Assembly (NCBI GenBank): GCA_025594325.1
Contig: JANHCV010000005.1
Span: 1,426,001 to 1,490,000, forward strand
Reading direction: 5' to 3'
DNA length: 64,000 bases
Source: Blastocladiella emersonii ATCC 22665
Taxonomy: Eukaryota > Fungi > Blastocladiomycota
The notes beneath the pieces were generated by a model. That model saw only the letters and a program-made list of their open reading frames with translations, did no database searches and was not told where the DNA came from. Shown in pieces: positions 36,563-48,671 of the stretch; the first letter of the stretch is position 1; the number at the start of each line of letters is the position of its first letter. The translations under genes were made by a program, and so were the position numbers.

Positions 36563-37387
36563 CTCGCGCCGGCGACCCCGCTGCGCGGCCCTCGATGCTG
36601 CGACCATCGCGCAGACGGGGAACATGCCGAGTCCAAAGCCGCCGCGCCGCTGTGCCACACCTGCCGCCGCCGACGCGTCAGCGCCGCCGTGACGGCCGCG
36701 GCCCCGCTCTGGTGCCTGCGCGCAGTTCGCTCCAGTTGCGCCAATTCATTTGCTTGCATCGAGCGCCGCTAGGGGCGAGCGTGAGAGCGGGGACCTCGCA
36801 AGTGGAGCGGTCCCGCGAAAGGAGCAGGCGCGTGCCCAGCGCCACGTGCGCGTGAAAGGCGCGTCCAGGGACTTGGCGCCACCCGGCGCCACCATTTGCT
36901 TGGCTCCGCGTAGGCTCCAGTTTGGCGCACCTGCGCGCCGCGCGCACGCAGGCTCCAGTTTCTCACCGCGTGCACGAACGAGGAAGGTCCCACGCGGTCG
37001 CCCGATGTCGCGGGTGTTGTTCCGCCGGCGCACACGCGGGGAGCAAGGGCGCAAGGGCGTGGGCGCGTGTCTGGAGCCAGGCGCCCGCCGTTGCTCCTTT
37101 TCTCAGACTTGCCTTGCCCTGCCCTGTTCTGACTCGCGCAGCTGCATGCCTCCATGGGCGCAGCAAGAACCTGGATGCATCCAGTTGCGCTGCGCATCGA
37201 GTTCCCGCCGCGTGTGTGTCCGCGGCAATCGTCGACCGACCGCCCACGCGCTCGCCGTGCCTGCCGCGGAGCGAGCGCCCAGCAGCACCGGACCGGGCAA
37301 CAGCGCGAGAGTAAGCAAAAGGGAGATATCACATGTATTTCGTAGTTTTTGGCACCCGCCGTCGCCACCGCCGCGTGATCCACGGCG

Positions 37388-38497
37388 TCAGTACGGCGCG
37401 TACCCGGGCTGCTGCTGGATATACGTGACGCCTGGTGGCCCAGCCGGCGCTGGCGCGTACGCGGCAACTGCGGGCTGCTGGACGGCGACGTACTGGATAG
37501 GCGCGGGTGCCATGGGCGCAGGTGCGGCGGCGTAGTGCACGTACTGCGTCTGCATCTGCGGGTGCGGGTGCTGGTGGTGGTGGTGGGACTGCGGCGGCTG
37601 CACCGTCACGTACGGGCCCGTCGGCGGCGGCGCGCGCGCCATGGAGATGTACCCAGACGTGGCGCTGCCGGGGCCCGGCGGGACGAGGCCTGGTGGCCCG
37701 CCCGCGGCGGCGGCGGTCGCGGCCTGCATGTACTGCATCTGCGCAGCGGCGGCGGGGTTGGCGCCCGAGTGGTGCTGCGCCGGTGGCGCGAAGACGAGCT
37801 GCTGCTGGTGCACGGGCACCTGCTGTTGCTGCTGTTGCTGAGGGTGCGGCTGTAGCGGCTGCTGGGGTTGCTGGTACTGTTGCTCTGGCTGGGCCTGCTG
37901 CTGCTGCTGCTGCTGCTGGCGCGTATCGATGCTCGCGCGGCGCGCGCCGTCGCGGCGGGGCGGGTGTACGTCAACCGAGTGCTTGGCCTTACCGCCGCCG
38001 TTGCCCGCGCTGGAGGCACTCCGCGCAGCGGGCGGGTTGGGCGAGCGGCGGCCCGCGCCACGACCCGCTGCGGGCTCCGAGCGCGACCCGTTGGTCTGCG
38101 TCGTCGCGCGCGTGTCGCTCTTGCGGTACCTACACACGACTCAAGGTCAGCTCACGATCACCGCCGCCCACACGGGGAAAACGTACTGGTCGTTGGGAAT
38201 CTCGATCTGGATCGGTCCAGCCGGTAGCCGTGGCTCGCGCGGCGGCTTCGCGGCGGCCGTGGCGGCCTTGGCGGGACGGTCCGCCTGGTACGGCGCGTGC
38301 GCGTTGCGCGCGGTCTTGGTGGTGCTCCGTGCTGGCGGCGTGCGCGCGGCGGGGGCGGGCGCCGAGTAGGTGTGCTTGGTGTTCTTCTTGGCCGCGACGG
38401 TCGCGGGCCGCGTCGCGTGCTTCTTCTACACGGCGGCGCGGGGAGGGTCAGAGAGTGAGGTGGGATGAGGAGGGTCTGAGAGCGTACGTTGGCATAG

Positions 38498-38539
<42 letters not shown>

Positions 38540-38783
38540 GCGTGCTGCTGCTGCTGTGCGTGCTGCTGCGCCGCCGCGGCAGCCGCCTGCTGCTGCTGCT
38601 GCTTGGCCGCCTTGGCCTGCTTCTGCTGCTGCCTGGACGACTCGATGATCTCGTCTACGGGCAGGCAGCCGTCCATCCATCAGCACCCACACGCTCTCAT
38701 CCCATGCGAGCCAGCAGCGACCGCATACCGAGCGAGAGGTCGAGCTGCGCCTGCGCCTGGGCGGGTGTGAAGTTGCGCGCCAT
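37388..38783 (-). CDS. Q/P/A-rich protein with an N-terminal UAP56-binding-like motif (LDLSLDEII); 4 exons
   Basis: Introns 38655-38728, 38426-38487 and 38130-38186 give one open frame MARNFTPAQAQAQLDLSLDEIIESSRQQQ...; polyQ tracts; no RRM seen. Confidence 0.65.
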
Positions 38784-39062
38784 CACGGAGCGGCGAGCGG
38801 GTGGTTGATGCGTTGCACAGAGTCGGTTCGTTGCAGGAGCGAGAGCGGGAGCGCCGGCACACTCTACTGAGGGGGGTGATATTCTTGGTTGGTGGCGAGG
38901 GTGAGAGCCGCGGAGGTCGAGCGAGCGCGCCTCTGCCCCAAAACTGACGGGCGTGGCAGGCCCGACGCGCCGCTCTCGGCCTGCGCGAGCCCGCCCTGAA
39001 GGCCGCCACTGTTCGCCGCCGCGCTGCTTCTCTTCGCAACGTATCGACGAAGCACCCTCACC

Positions 39063-39679
39063 ATGGCAAAGGGTATGCATCAACTAATCGCAATGTGCAG
39101 CGACGACCTGGCTAACGGATCTCTGGCCGTCTGTCTAGTCCCGCGTAACTTCCGGCTGCTCGAGGAGCTCGAGAAGGGCGAGAAGGGCATCGGCGACGGC
39201 ACCACGTCGTACGGCCTGGCCAACCCCGACGACATTCTCATGAGCGACTGGAACGGCACCATTCTGGGTCCCCCTCACGTACGCCCCGTCCCTCCGCTCC
39301 CTCCCTCCCTCCGCCCAACCCACTCACACCCACCTCGCACCCCACGTAGACGGTCCACGAGAACCGCATCTACTCGCTCAAGCTGCACTGCGACGCGCAC
39401 TACCCGGACATGCCTCCGCTCGTCTCCTTCATCTCCAAGGTGAACCTGCCGTGCGTCAACCAGACCAACGGCAAGGTCGACCCGGCCCGCCTCCCGTGCC
39501 TGAGCCGCTGGGACCGCAGCTACACGCTCGAGACGGTGCTCGCCGAGCTGCGCCGGTACACGTCTCTTTTACGGGCCCTCGATCAACCCGTGCTGACCGT
39601 GCCTCACCGCGTGTGTAGCGAGATGGCCTCGTCAGCCAACAAGAAGCTCGCGCAGCCGCCCGAGGGCTCCACCTTCTGA
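39063..39679 (+). CDS. MMS2: Ubiquitin-conjugating enzyme variant Mms2/Uev1; 4 exons
   Basis: [35 protein letters not shown]|[14 protein letters not shown]...KVNLPCVN...[19 protein letters not shown]. Confidence 0.96.
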
Positions 39680-39816
39680 TCGTACACTCTCGCCATCGAC
39701 CGCGCCGCGTCGCTTCTCCCGCTCTCGCTCGCTCAAATACAACGCGTTGTGTAAACAGTACTATATACTAAGCAAAACCACTACTCCTACCCCCCTCTCT
39801 CTCCCACCCCGCTCGC

Positions 39817-42800
39817 TCACGACGCAAACTGCCGCTTGGCCTTCTTGGCGAGCTTCTTGGCCGCCTTGGACTGCTTCCTGGCATCCTCATCGTCGCTGTC
39901 AGCCTCGCGCTCGCGCTTCTTGGACTTGGCCTTCTTCTTGCGCTTGGTGTTCTCGATGGCCGCGAGCACCTCGGCCATGTTCTTGTCCCGCGGCTTGGCG
40001 GGGACGGCCTCGGTCGGCGCGTACTCGACGTCGTCGACGGTCGGGCCCTTTTTCACCTTGCGCTTGAACACCTCGTCGATCTCGTCGTCGCGGCGGACCG
40101 TGGCGAGGGCGAGCTTCGGCTTGGCCGCCTCCTCCTCCTCCCTCCCCTCGTCCTGGACGCCGAGCACCGCGAGCTCCTTGGCGTCGTCGACATCCGCGAG
40201 AAACTCCTTGAACATGTCGCGCTTGCGGTCGATCCCCTGCTGCTTGTTGAGCCACTCCTCGCGCTGGGCCTTGAACCCGGCCATGCCGCAGTTGCGCCAG
40301 ACGAGCCGGCCGTGGTGCGACTCGGTCACCTTCTTCTCGTGCGCGAGCAGGTCGAGCGCCATCTTCTCCTTGGCGTCGAGGTCGGCGACGCGCCAGAAGG
40401 CGTCGACGAGGTGCGACCCGAACTTGTCGGCGGCGAGCGTGGCGAGGTCGATGTCGGACGTGTGGTTGAGCAGCGAGAAAAGGAGCTTGCGCTTGGGCGG
40501 CACGTTGACGGTCGGCGACGTCAGGAACGTCTGGAACGTGAACGAGGCCACGGGGTCGAGGAGGAGCGGGTGGAACAGCGGCAGCGGGTTGGCCAGGAAC
40601 GAGTCGACCACCTCCTTGTTGTGCGCCGTCGGCATCCGCAGAATCGACGCCACGATCTGGTTGCCCGCCGCCGCGAGCGACGGCACGTACGGGCCCGCGT
40701 TGTGGTGGTACCCCTGGTCGTCGCGGTGCCCGCCGTGGCGGCCGCCGCGGCCGGGACGCATCCGGACGCGGTTGCGGCCCGTGCGCTGCTGCTGCTGCTC
40801 CTCCTGCTGCTCGGCGTCGGCGTCGGCGTCGGCCATCTCGACGTCGCCCTCGCCGTCCTCCTGCTGCTGCTGAGCCATCGACCCGTCGTCGCGGCCGGGG
40901 TAGTTGCGGTTGAGGTAGAGGAGCGTGGGCAGGATATCCTTTGGCCGCTTGCACGCGATGGCCGCGTACAGGGGCTTGAGGACCTTGCGGTAGTTCTGGA
41001 ACCGGTGCGCGAGCTCGAGGAAGTGGACGAGGACGAGCGGGCGGCCGCGGAACAGGAGCGCGTCGAACTCGGGCGCGAGCTCGTCGAGGAGCAGGTCCAT
41101 TTGGACCTCGGACTTGGCGCGCGAGATCAGCTGCTGCACGACAAAGTTGGCCGACGCGTTGCGGCACAGGTCCGCCAGCCGGCCGCGGAAGTGCGCCGTG
41201 TACAGCGTGTGGTACATTTTCGTCGAGCAGAACTAGGCGTGCGGGGGGCATCGAGAGTCAGTTTCGCTTCGGGTCCCCCGAAAAGCAGCAAGGAAAACGC
41301 ACCTCGAGAATCTTCTCAAACAGGCGCGACGCGACGTTGTGGGAGACGAGGTTCTCGACGTACGCGGCGCGCTGGGTGTCGGGGATCGCGTCGTCGTCGG
41401 CGGACCGCATGAGCAGGCGGGCGATGATGGCGTCCTTGTCGTCGGCGATCTCGACGAGCTGCTGGAGGATCGGGTTGACGACAGGGTTGAAGGCGTAGGT
41501 GCGGACGTGCGGGACGAGCGCGGCCAGCATCTCGACGAGGACCTCGTCGCGGACCGGGTTGAGCGCGTCGGGGATGGCGCGGAGCTTGGGCGTCGCCGTG
41601 GTGCCGAGGGCGGCGGCGCCGCGCGAGTTCGGGCCGACGACCGCGGCGGCACTGCCCTTGTTGTTGCGCTCGCCCCACGCCTTGGCCTTCTTGGACCGCA
41701 GCGCCGACATCTGCACGGGCTGGCCGCGGAGGACCGAGAGCGCGACACGGACCAGGAAGGTCGCGTGGCGGTCCATGGCCAGCGTCATCCAGAAGGTGCG
41801 CAGCTGCTGGCACATGGTCACGATCAGCTCGGTCATGGTCGGCAGGCCCTCAGGCGCGTCGCTTGGGCTGGTGCCGTTCGCCTACACGTTGTATCGGGGT
41901 CAGGGTGGGTTGGAGCGGGAAACGAAGACGAGAGCGACGCACCTCGCGCTCGAGCACGTCGGCGGCCATGATGAGCATGGTCTGGCACACGTGCGACGCG
42001 CAAAAGTGCTTGAACAGGTTGACGTAGCTACGCGGTGGATGGATGGGTCAGCTCGATTTCGGCCCGCACACCCACCCGCCGCAAAACGTACTTTCCGCTC
42101 AGCTTGTCGAGGAAGATGCGCAGGTGCACGTCCGACGACAGGCGCAGGAGCTTCTCCATGACGAGCGAGCACTCGGCGTCGGTCGCGAGCATCAGCTCCT
42201 TGCCGTGCACCTCCTCGTACACGTTGTTGAGGAACACGTCGATATCTATAGTCACGCGCGCGGGGTCAGTCCCGCCTTCATTCAAAACAATCAACCGCAA
42301 TGCGTACCCTCCTGCGAATCCCACTCGTTAAGATCCATGCGGCCCTCGATCGACTTGAAGTAGGTGCGCGTCTCGTGCGGGACCATGCCGAAATCGACCA
42401 CCTCGCGGGTCGCGGGCCCGTCCTCGCCGTCAGTGCCGGGTGCCGGGGACGGCGCGCCGCTGCGGTCCTCGAACTCGCGGCGCCCGCCAAACTCTTCACG
42501 GCGCCCGCCAAACTCCTCGCGACGCCCACCGAAATCCTCGCGGCCACCGCGGAACCCACCGCGCGCGCTACGGCCGCCGTCGTCGCGGAACCCGCCGCGT
42601 CCACCACGGCTGCTGCTGCCGCCGAAATCGTCGCGGAACCCGCCACGCCCACGACCGCCGCCGCCGCGTCCACCGCGGAATCCGCCGTCGTGGTGCCCAC
42701 CGCGCTGCTGCTGGTGGTGCGAGCCGCGGCCGCCGTCGTCCGAGGGCCGCGCAAAGTCCTGGAACTTCTGCGTCGGGGCCGGGGACTCGCTGTCGCCGCG

Positions 42801-42995
42801 CGAGTGGTCCTGCGTCACGGGCGCATCGCTATGCTGCTCCTGCTTGGAAACCGCAGCCTGGCTGCGCCCGCCATCGTTGCGTTCGCGGGCGAGCGACCGG
42901 CCGCCGTCGTTGCGCTGGCGGGCGAGCGAGCGGCCGCCGTCGTTGCGGCCGCCGCGGCCGCCGCCACCGCGCTGTCGCCGAGAATCTTGATCCAT
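39817..42995 (-). CDS. NOP9: Nucleolar protein 9 (Pumilio-repeat pre-rRNA factor), multi-exon, with an RGG-rich N-terminal extension
   Basis: ETRTYFKSIE, VYEEVHGKELMLATDAECSLVMEKLL, ASANFVVQQLI, LAADKFGSHLVDAFW, ESHHGRLVWRN; lysine-rich C-terminus. Confidence 0.85.
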
Positions 42996-43287
42996 TTTGG
43001 GTGGTGTTACGTGTGTGTGTGTCGGAATGCACTGAGGCTTCAACGTGGTAAGGGTGCCGAGGGGGTTCGCGAACACGCACGCATGCACGCGTGCGATGAT
43101 GGGGCAGAGCGAGGAAGGAGAGAGGGGAGTGTGTCAGGTGCGGGCACGTGAGCCGTAGCGACGGGCGGCGCGACGCGTTTCGCGACGCGTCTCCCGCCTC
43201 GCCTCGCTCTGCCTTCGTCCCCTCCGCGCTCTCTCCTCATCGTCGGGCGCTGGCAGCTTGCACATACACACGCACACATCCATCACC

Positions 43288-44043
43288 ATGCAGACTTACT
43301 CGGAGGAGCAGATTGGCGGTACGCCGTGCTGCGCCGTCGCCGCGATGCTCGCGCGGGGACTGACGCCCGCCCCGCTCCACAGAGTTCAAGGAGGTCTTCT
43401 CGCTGTTCGACAAGAAGGGCAACGGGACCATTGAGCCAGACGGTACGTCCCCACGCCGCCTTCCCCTCGCTGCCCACTCACTCATGCCCGTCTTCGTAGC
43501 GCTCGGCGACACGCTCCGCTCGATCGGGCAGAACCCGACGCAGGCGCAGGTCGCCGAGATCATTGCGGCGCTTCCCGACAGTACGCTTTCCCCTCACCTC
43601 CCTCCCCCATCGTCCCACTTACCCGCCAAACGTAGAGGGCGCGAAACCCCTGTCGTTCGAGCTGTTCCTCGACATCCTGTCACGGCCCGACGGGTTCAAG
43701 GCCGCGGGCACGACCGAGGAGTTTGTGCAGGGGTTCCACGTGTTTGACAAGGACGGGACCGGGTACATTTCGGCCGGCGAGCTGCGTTACGGTACGCTAG
43801 GGGGTTGTGTGAGGGAGGGAGGGCGGCGGCAACTGACACAGCGCGACGGGGTGTAGTGCTCACGTCGCTCGGCGAGAAGCTGACGGACGCCGAGGTCGAC
43901 GAGCTGCTCAAGTACGTCGAGGTGTCCAAGGACGGCATGGTGCACTACGAGGGTACGCCTTTTTCGGTCGCGGTTGGTGATGAGCGAGTGCTGATACGCG
44001 ACGTGCGAGTGTAGACTTTGTGCGCGCCATCGCCTCGGCCTAA
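43288..44043 (+). CDS. MLC1: Myosin essential light chain (Mlc1/Cdc4-like EF-hand protein), multi-exon
   Basis: EFKEVFSLFDKKGNG, LGDTLRSIGQNPT, EEFVQGFHVFDKDGTGYISAGELRY|VLTSLGEKLTDAEVDELLK. Confidence 0.9.
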
Positions 44044-44138
44044 CCCCCTCCCTCTCCCGCCCCTGTTCTCGACTCTCTCTCTCTCTCTCCAACCCATCCC
44101 TCTTGCTCTGATAAACCAAACCTCGTTCGAATTCCCAC

Positions 44139-45181
44139 TCACGACTTGAGCATGAGCAGCTCATCCTCGTAATCGCCCTCGAGCCGGTCAAAGATGTTGG
44201 ACGCGTGGAGCGAGATGCCACGGCTCTCGAGGTCGGCGGTGAGCGCCTTGTCGAGGGTCTTGAGCACCTCGGCGATCTTGACCGTGGCGAGCTTGGCGCA
44301 CTGCAGCACGCGGTTGGGCGGCAGCGGCGCGCCGCCCGACATGCTCACGGTGCAGTCGCGGTGCACATCCGACGCGACCGTCAGCGTGCCGTCGTTCTCG
44401 GCTTCCTCGAGGAGCGACGGGTCGATCACCTGGATTGCTCTGTGGGGTCGGGTTCGAGTGAGTGGCGGGCGGGAATGCAACGGAGAGATAAGGCGTACCC
44501 CTGGTCGAAGAAGGCAAAGGTCATGCACAGCGGCGCGTGGAACACGGACAGCGGGGTTGGTGGCTTCTCGCTGGCGTCGTGCTACACTCCATCGCGTCAG
44601 TCTCCCCTCCACGACTCCCTCGCACAGCCAAAACGCACCACGGTGACCTCGCCGTCCTCGACCGTGACCGCGGGCAGTCGGAAATGCAGCATCGCCGCGA
44701 GGGCCGCAATCGACGCGCAGTCCATGACATTCCCGTCGTTATCGACGACGCGCACATCCACCCGGACCGTCCACACCTGCTCGCCGCGCACGAGACACAG
44801 CCCGTCGAGCTTGACGGCCTCGCTGCGGCGAAGGATCTTGTCGAGCATGCGGGACACGACCACTTCGTCTTCCGAGAGCCGGCCGGTCTCGGCGCCGGGC
44901 GCCGCCATGGGCGAGATCTCGGTCGTGAACAGCAGCACGCCCTTGTCGCCCTGCGTGTCGGGGGCCGGCGGCGTGATCTCGGCCGAGACGGTCGCGATCA
45001 CGCGCGTCTTGCCGAGCGTCACGGTCACGTAGCCGAGATCGTGGCCGAAGGCGATCCGGACGGGGCGCAGCTCGTCGAGCGCGCGGGTGTCGGGCCGCAG
45101 GCCGGTGCGCAGCGCGGCGACGAGGAGGGCGCGCTCGTTGGCGCTCACGCCGAGCGAGGCGCTGGAGGTTAACTGCTTCAT
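44139..45181 (-). CDS. RRP45: Exosome core subunit Rrp45 (EXOSC9); 3 exons
   Basis: GLRPDTRALDELRPVRI, LGKTRVIATVSAEI, VWTVRVDVRVVDNDGNVMDCASIAALAAMLHFRLP, PLSVFHAPLCMTFAFF. Confidence 0.92.
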
Positions 45182-45378
45182 GGTTTCGATTCGTGGGTTT
45201 GAGTGAGGGAGAGAGGGTCGGGTTGACGACGCGAAGGAAGAGCAGCGAGAGACGGTTGCGCGAGTCGTGTGAGCCCACGCGGGTCGTTGTCGAGACGCGA
45301 CTCGGCTCGCGGTCCCCTCGTCGCGCCCCTCTCTCCTCCGCCCTCCTCTACGACGACCACCGACTCGCTGCAACCACC

Positions 45379-46080
45379 ATGTCATCCAATGCAAAGCCCA
45401 TGAAACCCGCCGCGAAGCCCGCGAAGCCCGCGGCCAAGGCGGCACCCGTCCCGTCCAAGGGCGCCGGGTCCGACAAGCTGATGAAGATGAAGGTCAGTGG
45501 ACTGACTGATTGCGACCCTGCTTCGATCCCATCGCTGATCTACGACCACAATGCGCGCCTAGTTCATGCAACGCGCCGCCGAGGCCAAGATGGAGGAGCA
45601 GCGCAAGGACGACGAGGACCGCGCCGCGCGTGAGGCCCAGTGGCGGACCGAGCGCAAGATCCCGCAGCCGTACCCACCCTTCCTCCTCCATCTCACCCTC
45701 CTTCGCATCACTCATATTCCCCGAAATGTAGCAAGTTCGTCGTCGAGTACACCACCTCGGTCCTCGACTTTCCCTCGCGCCGGCGCCGTCTTGCTGCTGC
45801 CGCTGCTGCGTCGGGTAACGAGGAGGTCAACGCGGCGCCCACGCGCGGGCGCATGGTCGTGTCAAGCGCGCCGCCGCCGTCCGCCGACGAAGCCGCGCCG
45901 CCCGCGGCCGTCATGGTCGTGGACGCGGCGGCGGTCGAGGCGGCGGCCATGGAAGTCTCGACGTCGTCGCCCGCGAAGCGGAACAGCAGCAGCAGCAGCA
46001 GCAGTCCAGCGGCGGGACAGAAGCGCAAATCGCCCGGTGCGGCGGGAGGTGGGCCGGCGGGCAAGAAGCAGCGCAACTGA
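45379..46080 (+). CDS. MPP6: Nuclear exosome cofactor Mpp6-like protein; introns 45493-45562 and 45670-45731
   Basis: Spliced SDKLMKMK|FMQRAAE matches the Mpp6 LxxMKFMQR motif, followed by a conserved W, ..EYTTS.. and GRM; basic low-complexity tail. Confidence 0.7.
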
Positions 46081-46123
46081 TTGGGTACACGACTACTACA
46101 TTCATTTATCTTCCCCAAAGACA

Positions 46124-48467
46124 CTATCCGTCGGCGCCAATCTCGTCCTTGATGATGCGCCCGCGCGGGTCGACGATGCGCATGCGTCCGTCGGGCAGGA
46201 TCTTCTGGCGGGTGCCGTCGGCGAAGACGACCTTGACCTCGCCGTTGGGCATGATGCGCTTCTTCTTCTCCTTGGTCCAGATTTCCTGCACAAGGCCCGC
46301 GGGTGAGTGAATGTACTGGACAGTGTACTGCCCCGGGAGAGTTTGGGGGAGTGGGGCGTCGGTTAGCGGCGACGCGCGGGAAGTGGGAGAGGTGGGGGAG
46401 GGGAGGGCGGGACCGTGAAGAAGCGTACCTTGGACCCGTCCGAGTGGATCACCGTCTTGTTGCCGTCCTTGGACGTCTTCTCCATGGTCCCGTCGGGCTA
46501 CACGATCGCCCAAGGTCAGCCCACATCCCCCAAACCGACCCCGCAGCGAAACGTACAAAGATATCCTCCTTCTCGCCGGTCGGGTAGATATACCGGATCG
46601 ACTGGTTGGGGAACACGATCTCGGTCATCCCATCCGGATACTTTTTCTCCGTCTGCCCGTCGGCAAACTCGGTGAGCGTCATGCCGTCAGGGAACGTGGT
46701 CTGCGTGACATCCTTGTCGGCGAAATAGTAGACGAGCTTCCCGTCGGCAAACACCTCCTTGACGTCGCGGTTCGTGTACCGCGTGACCTCCGTCCCGGCC
46801 ATCATGTACTCTTTCGTCGTGCCGTTCTTGTACACGACGACCCGCGTCCCGTTCGCGTACCGCCGCTCGCGGATCCCGTCGCGGTGCGTCTTCTCGGTGA
46901 TGGCGGGCCCGAGCTGCGACAGACGCTCGACCGTCTCGAAGTAGCTGCGCCAGTGCGCGACGGGTTCCGCGGCCACGGCGTGCGTCATGGACGACAGCAC
47001 CGATTTCCCGTCGTTGTCGCCGGCCGACAGCGTCAGCGAGTTGTTCCCCGACGACGCGACGCGCGCGCGGAGCGCCGACCCGTGCCGCATCGCGGCGGGC
47101 GACGCGGGCGAGGTGCGCGGCTTGTGCATGCTGCCCGAGTGGTTAGAGGTCGCGCTCGACGAGACCGACTTGACGGAGGGCGCCGAGGGGACCGAGACGA
47201 CGGGCGGCGGCGAGGCCGCGAGGTGGCGCATGCGCGGTGACAGGGGCAGGGCGGACCCGGACGCCGAGTGGGTCGAGTGGCGCTTGAGGAGGGCGGCCGA
47301 GACGCCGGGCGGCGGGGTACCCGCACCGCTGCGGCGCGAACTCGCCGTCGAGGGGAGACCGTACCCGGGCGGGGCAAACGTCGGGCTCGAGGCCGTGCTG
47401 TGCCGATCGACGGCGGCCTGGGCGCGCTCCTGCTCGAGCACGTGCAGCTCGTCCTGGAGCTCGCGGATCTGGCCGAGCAGCTCGTCGACGCGCTTCTTGA
47501 GCCGGTCCTCGTTGAGCTTGGCTTTCGTGTCCTTGGCGCGGATCTGCGCCGTCAGGTCGGCCGCCTGCTTCTTGAGGTCCTCGATCTCCTGGCGCTCGCG
47601 GCGGTTCGGCGCCGCCGTGTCGAGCTTGCGCTGCTTGTCGAGCAGCAGCCGGTCGCGCTTCAGCTTGCGCTTCTCCTCGGCGAGCGCCGCCGTCTCGTTG
47701 AGCCGCCACGACTCGAACTCTTTCTTTTCCGTGCGCAGCGCGAGCTTTTCGCGGTCCAGGGCGACTTTCTCGCGCTCGAGCTGCGCGCGCTCGCGGTGCA
47801 GGGCGGACGCGGCGGCAGCGGTGGCGGTCTCGTCGGTCGCGGCGCGCGCGACGGTGGCGGCGGACGGCAGGTGCACGCCCGAGTCGGCGTCGGACGGCGG
47901 CGCGTGGTGCTGGCTGGCCGTATGCCTTGGCGCGGGCGCGGGCGATGCGGTCCGGGCGGCGAGGTGCGGGAAGTACGCCGAGACGAGCTTCGTCGGCCCC
48001 ACCGACTCCATCTCCTCCTCTTCATCCGCCGGCAGCGCCGACAACTGCGTCGCATCCCCGTCCGCGACACTCAGGTCGAGGTGGAACGACGACTCGTCGC
48101 GGAGGAGGAACGACGGCTCGGCGCCCGACGCGTGCCACCCGTCGGCGGCCGCCGCGGCGCGCGTCAGGTTGTCAAAGTCGACGGTCGCGTCGTCGCCCCC
48201 AAAACAGTCGGCCGGACCGGGACTGCCCGCGGGCAGCGGGACCTGCGCGGCAACGACCTCGAGCTCGAGCGCCTCGAAGTCGGCGACTTCCTGGTGCAGG
48301 CGCGCGACGGCGGCGGCGGCGGCGGCCGCGTGCCGCCGGACGGCCGAGGCGGCGAGCAGAGAGATCTCGTCGCGCGAGAGGGAGAACAGGTCGGCGTCGG
48401 GGACGCCCGGGAGTGCCGATGTGGGGCCGCCGGGGCCGCCGCTGGGGCGGGCGACGCGGAGGGCCAT
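46124..48467 (-). CDS. CENPJ: Centriole assembly protein SAS-4/CPAP (TCP10/G-box domain); 3 exons
   Basis: Coiled coil (RRERQEIEDLK...RIRELQDELHVLEQER) plus G-box repeats (YANGTR..YKNGTTKE..VYYFADKDVTQTTFPDGM..FADGQTEKKYPDG..IVFPNQS..LPDGRMRIVD). Confidence 0.88.
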
Positions 48468-48671
48468 GGTGGTCCGCGTGCACTGGTTGGTTGATACGTT
48501 GCAGCAGCTAGAGGGCAGAGAGAGCGGGGAGGGGGGGAGAAGGGGGGAGCAAGCAAGAGTGGCGTCGCCGAAGCCGAACGGGGTCGCCGTGGGTCACGTT
48601 GGCCGCAAGCGCGAGAGAAGCGCGCCACGCACGCGCCTCGTCCCCGCTCTCTCCCAACCCCCTTCTCAGCC

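Noticed and set aside
37800-38630. CAG/CTG polyQ tracts
   Set aside because: Ordinary coding microsatellites in a low-complexity protein.
48585-48600. X-box (RFX)-like GTCGCCGTGGGTCAC upstream of SAS-4
   Set aside because: Wrong spacing and several mismatches to GTTNCCATGGNAAC.
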